A stretch of 64,000 bases of DNA, taken from assembly GCA_030704615.1 (NCBI GenBank), contig CM060731.1:31558001-31622000 (forward strand), in the 5' to 3' direction. Below are positions 39,190 through 51,345 of this stretch, piece after piece. Source of the DNA: Takakia lepidozioides. Its lineage: Eukaryota > Plantae > Bryophyta. The notes below the pieces were generated by a model. The model was not told where the DNA came from, did not search any database, and saw only the letters and a program-made list of their open reading frames with translations. The first letter of the stretch is position 1. The number at the start of each line of letters is the position of its first letter. A program made the position numbers and the translations under genes.

Positions 39190-42100
39190 AAAATGGAGGG
39201 AAATTGAGCGCAAGAGGCGGCGTCGTTCTGAGTAACGGGCGTCTCGACAGGACAGGCCATCAATGCTATAACTTGGAAACTATGGAGGAACTAACAGACT
39301 ATACGCTCGCAATATTACTTACGCAGTGGCATAGACACGAAAGGACAGAGCAGAGCTTTTCTCTTGAGCGATGCTTGCAAGCCCCGCAGGCTTACAAGAA
39401 TTTACCCATAGCTTTCTGCGGCAACCATACGTTTATGCTTTGTGCACTACAGGCATTCCTGCAGTTGTTACAGCCAAAACAGTTCTGTGAGTCTAAAATG
39501 AAGAGAGTGAGAGGAATGGAGGAAATCAGGGTGAAGAGCACCACAATTCTGCAGAAACAAACGATTGCTACCCCACAGGCGATACAAGATACTGGAGGAG
39601 CTGAGATTGCAAGGATTGCAAAGCCTAGATTGGACACTACACCATAGACAGTACATGTTACAATTTTTGCAGAACTTTGAGCCAAGGACAGGAACAACAA
39701 CGGTGAAGGGAGTTGAATTAATGATTACTCCCCTATACCTCCAGCAATTGTTTCGATTGCCAGCAGGTCAGGTGCATGTGGAGGAACACAGGGCAAGACT
39801 GCAAATAGGGACTTATTCCAAGAAGGGAGTTTCTTTAAAACTCAGGGTTATGCTTGTACCAAGGCTGTGTACCCAGGGTTAAAAGAGGTAGGCCAGTATT
39901 GAACGTTCTGATTGCCATGAAACAGAACCAACAGTATTTGAGCAGATCCTTCACAGAGGAAATACTCAAAGGCTGAAGGGACAAGAGGTACAATGGGCGG
40001 ACATAATGTACAACGCACTGGTAGAGGAGATGAAAAGATTACAAGGTACTACCGCAAAGTCTCCTATCATAGTGTCTGGCCCAATCATTGCTCAAATAAT
40101 CCTTGATTCTGGCATACTTAATGCACAAGAAAGAAGGAAATGGGAGTGTTTGAGCCAGAAACAACTGCAATGGAAGAGCAAGGCTCTTCACACAGTGAGG
40201 GTGGACTAGCAGCAACCCGAGACTAAGAGGCAGAGACGGGGGGAAAGACTGTAGTGGCGGATCCACTGGCTTCACGGATTCCGCATGATAATGTTTCCCA
40301 AGCTCATGGCAGGAAGGGCACAGCAGCACAAAGAAAATGTTATTACTGGAAGCAGGACCTTCAGAGAGGGAGGAGGAAGTTACTTCTGCATCACAACCAA
40401 CACAGCCACTGAACGACTTGTCACAAGGTCACAAGTTATCCATGCAGCTCAACCCGAAATAATTGATTTGGAAAGTGAAGGGTTAGATATTCCAACTACA
40501 GAACAGATAGTGGCAGAAATAGAGAAGGGGACCTTCTCTATGAATATTCTGGTCTGGTCAAGGAGACAGAAATCCCAGAGGTGCAACAGTTGCCCAAGGG
40601 AAATCCTGAGGTGCATATAATACACACACCTGTGTCGGAGGTACCACAGGCGGAAGGTCATGACACTGTAGCACCGGTGATAGATGAAGTAGTTCAGGAA
40701 GAAATCCGGTGGGACAATGGCCTGAATGGTTAGTGAGACATCACACTGTTGAAGATCAGGAGGAACAGCAGCAACCTCACCATGATGACCCTCAACAGGC
40801 AATGCTGATGAGTTCCATAGGCAGGACACTTAATTGTTTGGGGACTTATGTCAAATCCCATGTTCCAATTACCCAATTGACAGCCTTGAAAGAGGAACTC
40901 AGGAAGGAGTTTGAGGCTCGACTTGCCACTGAGTGTGCAAACAAGGTCGATGAAGAGGTCACTCTCAAGATGAAGCAGGACTTGGGAAATACAGAAATGG
41001 CTTTGCAATTGGCCAAGCAACAATTGATTGAGGCAGGCCTCGCGCAAGACCAGTTGCACGAAGCACATAAGCAACAGCTATACCAAATGCAGGTGCAGCA
41101 TGAAAGCAAGTTGCAAGAACTGAATGCACTACATACGGAGTTGCAGACAGTGCATAACAGGATGGCGATACAATGTGCTACATTTACAACTATGCTTGAC
41201 CAATCACAAAAGAAATAAACAGTCAAGCGGAAAAATGTACGAAGGCAGAAGAAGAGAATGTTGAGCAAATGAAGCTCATTGTCGATATGAAGAATACAAT
41301 CTGTCGCAATGAAGATACTTTCAAGCAATACAGGCAGATTGAAGCTGATCAAGAGAAGCACATCGTGGAGTTGCAACAAACCATCATGGCCAATAGAAAT
41401 GAAATCGCGGTCAATAACAAGGCTTGGAAGGAAGCCAATAATCTACTTGCTGCTTATGCGCAATTGGTTGAGCCAGGCGAAGCGCATGGAGGCTTTACAA
41501 CAGCAGTTGGAATTGTACAAGCTAAGAGAGGAGCAAACTCTCAGGGGAACCACAAGCAACTTGGTGGATAACAGCCTTATGCAGGTCTGGTTAGCACAAG
41601 GGCCAGTAGAGGGCAAAGCCCACGGAAGCTCACCCAAAGCGAGATGAATGAGCTCAGGCTGCAGGTGCAGAACATTGCCACAACTACTATAGACAATGTC
41701 TATAGTAGGATAGCAGAGTTACAAGAGGATGTAGACGGACTCCAGACTCAAGTGGAAGACCTCACTTCAAACATCGACCAAAGAGTCTATATCCCTCAGG
41801 AACAGCTAATGGCTTCTTATTTACAAGCCAGAACTTTGGCTTTTCAGTCTTCACAGGAGGTGCAGGAGATGCCAATGATACAGAGCCAGTACCACCACCA
41901 CCACAACAAGTCAGTGTACCATAGCTGAACCTGTGGTTACTACAACACACCACCACAGCCACCACAGCCGGAGGTATGGGGCAATGCCGCTTTTAACCCA
42001 CCTAAAACTCCAGCTGCAAGGGAGTACAGTAGGGCTATGATTATGCCCTTCAACCAAATTCCCATCATGTTGGATTTGGCTTGGAAAGAATTTAGTCCTC

Positions 42101-43035
42101 CGCAGTCATTCGCACATTACTACCAAATCATGCGTATTGGCTGCCAGTGGCAACTAGGACTAAAGTTCTTCCGAACAATCGACATATTGAAGATCATCAC
42201 TTTGCACATACTGGCACGAGGCAGGTACCATGTTGAGGGAATTGATTGCTTTCCAGGTTGTACATGGACTCATTTATACCAACCAAGGAGATAGCAAGTA
42301 TTGTCATGGGGTGCGGGTTATACTACGCTGCTTGTTTTCTGGTACGTTACCACATTGAGCAACAAAAGATGCAAACACGCTTTCAAAGTTATTCCAGTGG
42401 AGATCATTGGGTATTACCTTCGGTGCCACCTCATATGTACCTATATGACCCAAAAGTTATGATGCAAAGGATTCTCAAATTCGTTCATGGTTTCAAGCGG
42501 CCTGCAACCATTTGTCAACACAGAAATTCGGAATTGATGACATTTTCTATAAGGGACATTGGCATGGAAATACTTGCACGCTGCACCAGTAATTGGTACC
42601 CCACTCACTGGACAGACAAGGAGCTCAGTGTCTACACCAATTTTGCTGTTCAGGTTACACCAAGTTGTAAAATACAAACTTCCAGACATGGTAGGACAGC
42701 ATTGTATGCCCCAGATGATTCCACAAAAAGTTCGAAAATTAAAACACCTGAGAGGCGATGAGGATTCTGATACAACTGTTCTTCTTCACCGAATTCTTTT
42801 GACATGGGAGAAGACTATGCAATTCAGATGGAGAGAAGAAGCGAAGGGGATCTCCTATGCCGGAAAGATTACCTCGATATCAGCCTCCAGAGGCCTCACT
42901 TATCCAGGTAGTGATCAACCATCTCCGTCAACCAGAGACAGACCTCGGGCTCGTACACACAGTCCGCCACGAAACTCTCAACGTCAAGAAGGTGCTCACT
43001 CACAAAGGTTTGCTAGTCGAAACAGTAAACCGTGA
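39190..43035 (+). pseudogene. Frameshifted accessory ORF of Gypsy-A (plant-transposon-protein-like N-terminal part, coiled coil, unknown C-terminal domain)
   Basis: Chain of overlapping + ORFs after integrase: QFLQNF...TVKGVELMITPLYLQQLFRLP and QWADIMYNAL...SGPIIAQII, then Q/E/L-rich heptads at 40.8-41.8 kb. Confidence 0.65.
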
Positions 43036-43189
43036 GGACACGGCTTTTTTGAGGGGGGAAGGGGTAATGTTAGAGGACTGTCGGGGGACTTAGACACTTA
43101 TACGGGATCTGTAGGGTACCCTTAATTTTTGCACAGACTGAGACCAACAGGAGCCTTAGGGGTGACAGCAGCGCACTGTAGAGGGGGTT

Positions 43190-43428
43190 ACACAGTCACA
43201 GTCGTCACACAGCCGTCACAGCCCACACAGCCAACACAGCACCGTCACAGTCCACAGCCAACACACCCGGCCACAGCCCGTCACAGTCGTCACAGCCGTC
43301 ACAGCCAACACACAGCCAACACAGCCGACACAACACACAAGCCCGACACAGCCAGTCACAGCCCGACACAGCAAACACAGCGCACAGCCAGTCACACACA
43401 CAGCCAGTCACAGCTTGACACAGCTGTC
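43190..43428 (+). repeat. (CACAGC/ACAGCC)-rich minisatellite in the Gypsy-A LTR
   Basis: More than 20 imperfect ACAGC(C/T) units. A related tract lies at 38680-38812. Confidence 0.9.
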
Positions 43429-44046
43429 ACGATCATAGGAACGAAGAGTAGGACAGGGAACGACTGTGGGGAACAACACCTGCGAAGGGAACATGTTAGT
43501 TCACAGACGACGGTTTAGTGAGGGAAACGGTTAGAACCGCGGATAGGAGATAAAGGGAAAAACGGGGAATTGAAGGACATCATTCGGAGGAGGACTTCTT
43601 GGTGATAGAGGAGAGGGATCGGCAGAGATGAGGAACGGAAGTGAAGATAGAGAGATGATGAGTAGATGCTTGATATATGCAAGGCTGTATGATATTGTAA
43701 GGAGATTAGAGACACAATGGCTTCGGCCTGATACCTGAAATCATAATCGGATACTTTTACGATACAATCACACTGTGTAGAGAGATCTGAGTGAAGCTGT
43801 GGAATGAATGGATGAGTTGATGGAATCCAATAGATTGATAAAGCAAACTGATACTTAATTATCAATGGTAATAGTTAACATGAATACCAAAAGGGAAACA
43901 AATAGGAACACCCCCATGATACACTAGGCTGTAGGTCATGACTGATTGTTCTGCGCGGGCTGAGTACTTAGAGATTTCCAACTCTTCTAATCTTGGAGTT
44001 TCCGCCTCGAATAGCGAAGGGATGGGTGAGTAAAAGCCGCGCGACA

Positions 44047-45198
44047 GGCCGGACATCTCTTTCGCCATGAACATGGTGAGCAGATTGTCCAACCAGCCTC
44101 AAACCCCACACATGGACCCCATCAAACATCTATTTAGATATATCAAGGTACTGTGGATTTGGGGATTTGTTACCAGCGAGGGGAGGCAAGCATCCTCACT
44201 GGATACTCAGATGCAGACTGGGCCGACGACCTCAACGATCGGAAGTCCACTATAGGATATCTGTTCAGACTAGGTTCAAGTCCCATCTCTTGGGGAAGCA
44301 GGAAACAGCCATGCACGGCTCTGTCTTCGACAGAAGCTGAGTACATGGCTATGACTAGTGGTGCTAAGGAGGCGGTGTGGTTAAGAAGGCTTCTTTCACA
44401 ACTACAATTCCTTGATGAGAAAGAACCCACGCCGATGATGTGTGACAATCAAAGTGCAATCAAGCTGTCAGAAAATCCAATCTTTCACGACAGAACGAAG
44501 CACATAGAAATCCGTCACCATTTTATTAGGGAAAAAGTCACAGGAGGAGAGTTGAAAATCAATCACGTTCCATCCAGAGATCAACTGGCGGACATTCTTA
44601 CTAAGCCATTGGGTCTGACCCTCTTCGAAGAGCTTCGAGATGAACTTAGCTTGGTGCGAACAATTGATTTCTGAGGGAGTCTGGTTTCTTGGTGGCTGTC
44701 TGGGTCTGAAAGGAAGGAAACTTGTCCACAAATCGCAGCATAATGTGTCTCCGATGGCTAAACACTCCACTCTATGAACGCTGAGTAGATCTATTTTGGA
44801 GAACACCATCGTTGACATTATACTCACTTTGAAGTTGCAGCGGGCAGTCAAACTTCTAAAGTTCGAGGGGAGGTGTTGGAGATGGAGATCCACAGCATGG
44901 TCAAGTAGGATTAACTCTTAGATGCTACTCTTAGATGCTACTACTAGGTTTAATATTTAGCATGTAAGTTAGCAGTTACACAGAGAAGCCACCCTGCATA
45001 GTGGTGAGCCCAGTTAAGCTTAGCGATCTATGATGACCACCACACTTAGTTGCTGCCCCACTCTCTGCAAGCTTGACCATCCAAGGGAGAACTTGGACTT
45101 CCCTGCAGAGCTGTTTAGAGCTTCAGTATATAGTGGGCTCTTAGAAAGTTGGAAGTCAGACCTTTTTACAGTAAGCTTTCCTTACCTGATCCACTTTA
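44047..45198 (+). mobile_element. Copia 3' end: RT end/RNase H 44047-44674, PPT 44865-44873, 3' LTR 44874-45198
   Basis: RPDISFAM, GYSDADWA, ALSSTEAEY, CDNQSAI, RTKHIEIRHHFIRE, QLADILTK. The 325-bp LTR matches rc of 27758-28082. TSD GCACT at 45199-45203. Confidence 0.96.
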
Positions 45199-45555
45199 GC
45201 ACTTGCACAAAAAACAGTTTCCTATTGGAAGCTGATTGATGGATCCTTGAGCCAAAATAAATAGCAGAGTCAAAGGGGAGATCAAACAAGGGTAGAGAAG
45301 CAGCGAAGATCTCACGGATCTTGCTGAGAATTAGCTCTAGCTGATCAATCCCCGGACTCAAAGAGAGTACGTCCTTCTTCGCGATCCATGACGAGGCAAT
45401 TTGATTGCTTCCTGAGAGCACGGGGTTCCTTCTGGGAACCCAAAAACAATGGGGGATATATTGATGGCCACCGATTGGCCGCCCACCAGATGAGAAGCAT
45501 CCGACAACGTCGCGTCCGCGAAAGATTTAAGTTAAAGGCAGAAAATGGCCAACTC
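45199..45555 (-). mobile_element. LINE ORF1-region fragment, piece 2
   Basis: Target sequence of the Copia insertion; reads through the TSD into 28088+. LINE identity is inferred. Confidence 0.45.
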
Positions 45556-45974
45556 GGGGGGTTCACTATTCATATAAATCTCATAACATGCGCGATCAAG
45601 ACATGTTTTTTAATACCTTTGTACTTAACATTGTACACTGATATTGACCCCCCTTATGTATTTTAATTATCAATTTACCCATCCTTTGTGTATAAAAACT
45701 TGTACAGATTTTCAGTTAAAAAAAACCCCCTCCTTGCTGTGACGGAGAAGATAGAAGAGGAATTAGAAAATTTTCATCAGGAACTAAAAAATATATTATT
45801 CGAGATTTGTTTCAGATTCAGGGAAACCTAGGTTGAAGAAAATCTTTGGGAATAGTATGCTTATTACAATAAGGACAAAACTCGGGGGATACGAGATTTT
45901 CATGAGGCTGATCTTGAGCTGCCATTTTCAACTTACTTCGTAATAAAAAAAAAGTGATTAGTAAAAAAATCTAT

Positions 45975-46502
45975 TTTATTAGCCGTCACTGCATGTGACC
46001 CCCACGCATCGCACGTTGCGACGTGCTTTTAGCATATATGCGGCCAGGGGTCGCAAACAGTGACGGCACGCCGTCGCAGGATGCGTCCTGTTTTTTTTTT
46101 TGGAAGAATTGGGCAGCCTCTGTTTGTGACACCCGGCCGTCGCCAATGCATTTTGCCATTCATGCCACCATGCGACGGCCTGGCGTAACCAACAAGGGCT
46201 GTGATGGAAGAAAGGGCAAGAAAGGGCTGCATTTTTTGCGCTGGCGACGGCCGGCTGTCGCCAGAAAGGGCTGCCTACTGCCCTTCGCTGGGGGCGACGC
46301 GTGGGCGTCGCACGGAAGGGCTGCCTCCTACCCTTCATCCACCCATGCGACGGCCGGGCGTCGCCGCACCCCGGCACCAAGTGGCGACCCGCGGTGTCTG
46401 TTTGCGACGGCCGGGCGTCGCGGGGTTGGCGTCGCACGCTCGGCGCCGCGCGGGGCGTGGGGGCGCGGCTGGCGTCGCAAAACCCCCCCATTTGCTGTAG
46501 TG
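45975..46502 (+). mobile_element. CACTA transposon 3' arm
   Basis: Ends TTTGCTGTAGTG (rc CACTACAGCAAA), followed by TSD AGA. GCGACGGCCGGGCGTCGC subterminal repeats are shared with 24250-24900. Confidence 0.9.
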
Positions 46503-46931
46503 AGAGGACACAACGGATTCACACATCCACACAACGTTCATACAGTATTCAAGCACCCCGCCTCACACAGTATGCACTGGCATCAGATGAAAACCACCAC
46601 CCTTACTGCCACGACAGATGGGTTTAAATAACATTAGGGTATAATCTAATCCTAGCGCCACGTGGCACATACATATAGGCTTTCCAGATGCCGTTCGAGC
46701 CTGACCATAGAAAGTGGCCACATCATCCAGTTCTATCCAAGTATATAATAAAGCCTTAAGCCGTTGCCAGCTCATCCTCATGCATTAGGTAGAAGTTCAT
46801 CCAGACTCCATCCTAACTTCGTCCATCCCTGTTACATCCCTTGTACATCCTTCGTACATCCTCCCATCATTTATCCTCTATTCATCTGAGGCAAAAAATA
46901 GGTGAGGGGGGGGGATCCTATCATCACATAT

Positions 46932-48052
46932 GTGATGCATGCTAGGGCCACTATGAGCTGTGAGCTCCTGCGAACTAAGGTCACATGGAAAATGAACAAG
47001 GAGCTAGCCTAAACAAAACTATACACCCGATGCAAGAGGGATGAAAAAACCTAGGGAAGAAAACCGCACCCTGCAAGTTGGGTGGACGACAAAACATCCC
47101 ATAGGAAAAACCCCAATTGCTACAAATGGTGCAGAAAGCTGTCACGAAATTCAAAACTGCTCTAAAGTGGAAGAAACCAGGGCCTGATCACGAGCTGTCC
47201 GAGCTGTGGGGGTCAAAATCACTTGGCGGTTCTCAACATTTAAACATGTTAGATAAAAAATGAGTGTACATAGAACAAGCAGAGAACATGAACAGGGCTA
47301 ACGAGGGAAGGAGTGGAAGAATGGTGAGGAAGCAATACATACTGCCTACAAGGAAGAATGTCAGAACTCAGGTAAGGTCCCTCAATCCGCCGTTTGGCCT
47401 TAGATACCTGCTTACCAGGCGGGAGCCTTACACACACAGACTGCCACACTTGAAAGACTCAGAATACACAACCCGCCGGTTATAATTCCTGGTTTGAGAA
47501 GCCTGGGCAAACACAATGTTAGACTTAGTTGTTTCACGAAAAACACGTCGTTTAGCATCCATGGAAAGCAAAAAGACTTCCCAATTTTCAGGCTCAGTTG
47601 CTGAGACCTACAGCCAGGAGATATGCAAAAGAGTTCGACATTTCCTACCATGCAAAAGTTCAAAAGGTGAGATCTTGGTACTGGCATGGTGTAACACCCA
47701 GGATCTACACAAACTAGAATAGAAGTACTTTTCAATTTTTTCCCAAAACAACTCGATGTCTTCCAGGCTTTCATTGCATGTTTATATACCCTTCACAATA
47801 TGATTATTTTAAAGGTTTGACTTGAGAGCCTCAAGTCAAAACTTCCTAAAGTCAACCTTCCTAGGTTTGACATATTCTCCACAATTTGACTTTATCAAAT
47901 ATTTGACCTACTCTCCATAATATAGTATCTTATAGGTTTGACTTGAGAGCTTCAAGTCAAACTTCCTTAAGTCAAGCTTTCCTAGTTATTTTGGAAACTT
48001 CTAGGGAACTTTCCTCCTCCATCTAGAACTTTCTAGATTCTACCTTGTTACA
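46932..48052 (-). mobile_element. Probable solo LTR (~1.1 kb) of another family, replacing the Gypsy-C integrase C-terminus and PPT
   Basis: The minus strand starts TGTAACAAGG exactly where the integrase reading (LLFAYRIYIH) stops and ends CATGCATCACA. Non-coding; no clean TSD. Confidence 0.55.
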
Positions 48053-50394
48053 CATGGATATAAATCCTATAGGCAAAGAGCAGAATAGGCACGACAATAT
48101 CTCATTCATCAATGAGAGTTCCATTCTTTTCTAGCATCTGACACATAGTTTTGTTAAATCGTTCTGTCAAACCATTGTATTGGGGATTGTAGGGAGCAAT
48201 AACGACATGCTTAGTGTTGAGATTAAACAAGACAATCTCCATAAGTTGGTTGCAGAACTCAGTACCTTGATCCGTGAGGATTTCAAGAGGGCAACCATGA
48301 CGAAGTATCACCTTATCAAAGAAGAACTGCACCACCTCATCATTATCCTTAACAACCAGAGGTTGGAGCTCAACCCATTTCGTTAGGTAATCCGTAGCAA
48401 CCGCAAGGTATGCATGGCCCTTGGACGTGGATTTAAGGGGTCCAACAAGATCTAAGCCCACCCTGGCAAATGGTTCAGTTATCGGGATAGGCCTACAAAG
48501 GTAATGGTGCTTCGGTCCTAGGTATGATGGTCTTGGCATGACATGGTACACACCTTGCAATGAAAGCTGAGACATCTTTAACTAAGCCTTTCCAGTGATA
48601 CTGCTCCTGCAGTCTTTTAACAGTTTTAGCAACCCCCAAATGGCCAGCATAAGTAGAAGCATGATACAATTCAGAGCAGGGACAGCGGACCTAGAAGATA
48701 CTTCCACAGCAGAGGTACCTTCCAAAGCACTGACTCTGAACAATCGCCCTTCACTTTCCCGGTGGCTAGGTAAGTGATAGTTGACTTGTCTCATGAGCAG
48801 CTTGGATATGCCACTAAGGTGGGTGCCCGTTTTGCACCTGTGGAGTAGAGCATTGTACAATGGATCATCCATGCCTACATCACTCATGGCCACACAGCAG
48901 TAGATTAGTGCAGGGGAGAAGGAAGTGTCCGCCCCCGTTGTCTTGAGGTTCAAGCCCCACCTGCACAACCTCCTACGCCTAGGGTAGACCAGATTGGTAT
49001 GGACTTCATGTGTGGAGCCGCACTTGCAGGGCCATTGCATGTATTGGACTCTGCTGCTGCTGTCACTCGAGCAGCAACGCGTGCTCCCGAGCCAAGAGGA
49101 GCGGATGTGGATTTTGATCCACAAAGGGGGGAAGCAAGTTGTCAGACAAGGCTTCCACAGTCCTTTACATTGGCTGAGACAGTGCCACCTACGCCATCAA
49201 TGGCACCCGCTCGCCCAAGTGTGTCAGAGATAAAGCCACGGATACCATTGGGGAGAGTTGGTGTGGCTCGGGAAATGCCAGTGGGTGGTGTTGTAAAACA
49301 AGGTGTAGCCAGTACATTATTGGGGGCGGCTACGGCTGTTTGCCAAGCTCCATTGTTTTCTGCAATGACCATTGCAATGCCAGGGATTCGGCCAGCTGCT
49401 GTATTCAGACTAGCAGTTAGACTCTATGAGAGTGGTGATGCATCGGCACTATCTGCGGGGATAGCGGATAATGTGTAGTGCATGGATGCCCTGGACTCAA
49501 AGGTGAAGACAGCCATAGCTGCACCATGGCAAGCGGCAGCTGCAAGGTTGCAGGAGTTGCCAGCTAGACCAGCCATTGAGTGTAGTATGGTGACTCCTGG
49601 GGTAGTCCTGGTGGACAATCAGGATGGTGTGTTTCAGTTGGGTGGCCCAGCCGGGAAGAGGTATAAGCCATTGCGGGTCTTGTTGGACTCGGGAGCACAG
49701 CCATTGATGTTGGGAAGAGCAGTAATTGCAGGCTTGGGCCTTACAGAGGCGGATTTGGAGCTTTGCCCTTTCCAAATTCAGAGATCTTTGGGCGGTTCAG
49801 AGAAGGCACAAGGGATTACACGCCATGAGCTCTTCATTTGATTGCAGCCGGATCATCCTACGGACGGCTCAGTCATGAGAGCTAAAGCCATTGTTACGGA
49901 CGCGATGTCTTATGATGTGCTTGTTGGTGGGGCGGTGTTATACCCCATGGGATTCACTCTAGATTTTTGGGAGGAAACGGCAGCCTACAGGCCGGAATGG
50001 CAGTCAGGAGATGGCCGACGTGCACTGCTCCCAGTGCGGTTTATTGGGAATGTAGCGGTGGATCCTATGAACATGATGCCCACATTGGCTACATTCTCAG
50101 GGGTGGTGGCTTGGGGTGATGAGCTCTTGGAGGGCAATAGCCATGCAGATGATAGGCCATCACCTGATGAGGACAAACAATTGGCATACAAGGCTGATTT
50201 GCTTCCTCATGTGTCTGTGCATAGTCCAATGTGGGGTACGGTTGGGAATTTGCATCGAGTAGTAGGCGAGTGTGTGCACCAAGCATGGCATGAGGCCTTT
50301 CCATTGGTGAGTGAGGGGAGTTCAGTGACATCACCTGGACCTCCTGAGTTAGCTTCTTTGGACACAGTGCCCATTGCCTGACAACCACCCGACT

Positions 50395-51345
50395 CAGGGA
50401 TTTGTTTGCTAGACTTGTTTGGAGGCATGAGCACTGGGCTTGCAGGAGTATTGCAAGTAGGGATTAAAATACGCAAGTACTTGTATGTGGAGAAGGATGA
50501 GATAGCTCGACATATTTCTATGCGCCACATCGCCTTGCTCACACACCAGTATCCTGAGTTGTTGCTTCTCTCAGCAATTCAAGGGTATCAAAATGCCTTG
50601 CCAGTAGACATTACCTTGCTGGGGGCGGATGATTTGGACCGGCATGGTTCCATTGACTTGGTGATAGCTAGATGGCCTTGCCAAGGACATTCTCCCGCAG
50701 GTCATGGGAATGGCTCGCATGATGCACGATCGCATTTGTTTTGGGAAATGTTGCGAGTATTGCGTGACTTGCAGGTGAGGCAAGTGCAACCTCCAGCTTA
50801 CATCCTGAAGAATGTGCCTCTCATGGGGGATTCTCGGGCCAGGGTTATGGCCATTGTGCATCAGATCCGGTCATGGATTGGACCAGCTGTATTGTTGGAT
50901 ACAGCTGGAGTGGGTTCAGGGCATATAGGCCTAGATTATGGTGGATCAATCTTGCACCACCAGAGTTGCTCAAGAGAGCCTATGATTCCATTCAACGGCC
51001 ACCCAACCTCACGGTTGAGGGCATTTTGGACCAAGGGAGGCAACCACAGAGAGTGCGACATGATGATCGTCCTCCTTTGGCGGTGGTCAATCAAGTGGGG
51101 CAACCATGTGCAGCCTTGCCTACGCTCATGAGCTTTCCCTCGTCTCATGCTTTTTGAGACAATGGTCCTGGGTTGATTTGGGACAGTGTGCTATAGTAAT
51201 TGGTGGAGCCCAATGTGGATGAGCGAGAGCGGGCAATGGGATTTGCTACGGGCACTACAGCTGTGCGAGCTCTATCGGAGGCATCACGACATCGGGTGTT
51301 GGGTCAGGCAATGGATCTCAATTGCTTGACATGGGTCATTGGCTT
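50395..51345 (+). pseudogene. C5 cytosine DNA methyltransferase domain within Gypsy-B pol
   Basis: Motif I LLDLFGGMSTG, II YVEKD, III DIT, IV DLVIARWPCQGHSPAG, VI YILKNV (normally ENV), VIII RAYRPRLWWINL (after a frameshift), IX ERERAMGF, X LGQAMD, all in canonical order. Confidence 0.92.

Larger units (their letters stand above)
31399..44046 (+). mobile_element. Gypsy-A: ~12.6-kb non-chromovirus-type Ty3/Gypsy. 5' LTR 31399-31951 (5'-truncated), PBS ~31954-31971, extra 5' ORF, gag ~32561-34500, pol ~34800-38550, long accessory 3' ORF, PPT ~43051-43065, 3' LTR 43068-44046
   Basis: Gag FPIYSGKGDPDVHI, knuckles CAKCQNEGHTTTEC and [97 protein letters not shown] runs TG...CA; PBS TGGCGACC. Confidence 0.95.

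Noticed and set aside
43129-43518. Thr/Gln/His-rich ORF
   Set aside because: Translation of the LTR minisatellite.
50395-51345. DNMT as a host gene or a bacterial restriction-modification contaminant
   Set aside because: It is intronless, collinear with PR and RT of one pol, decayed in the same way, and has no restriction-enzyme partner.
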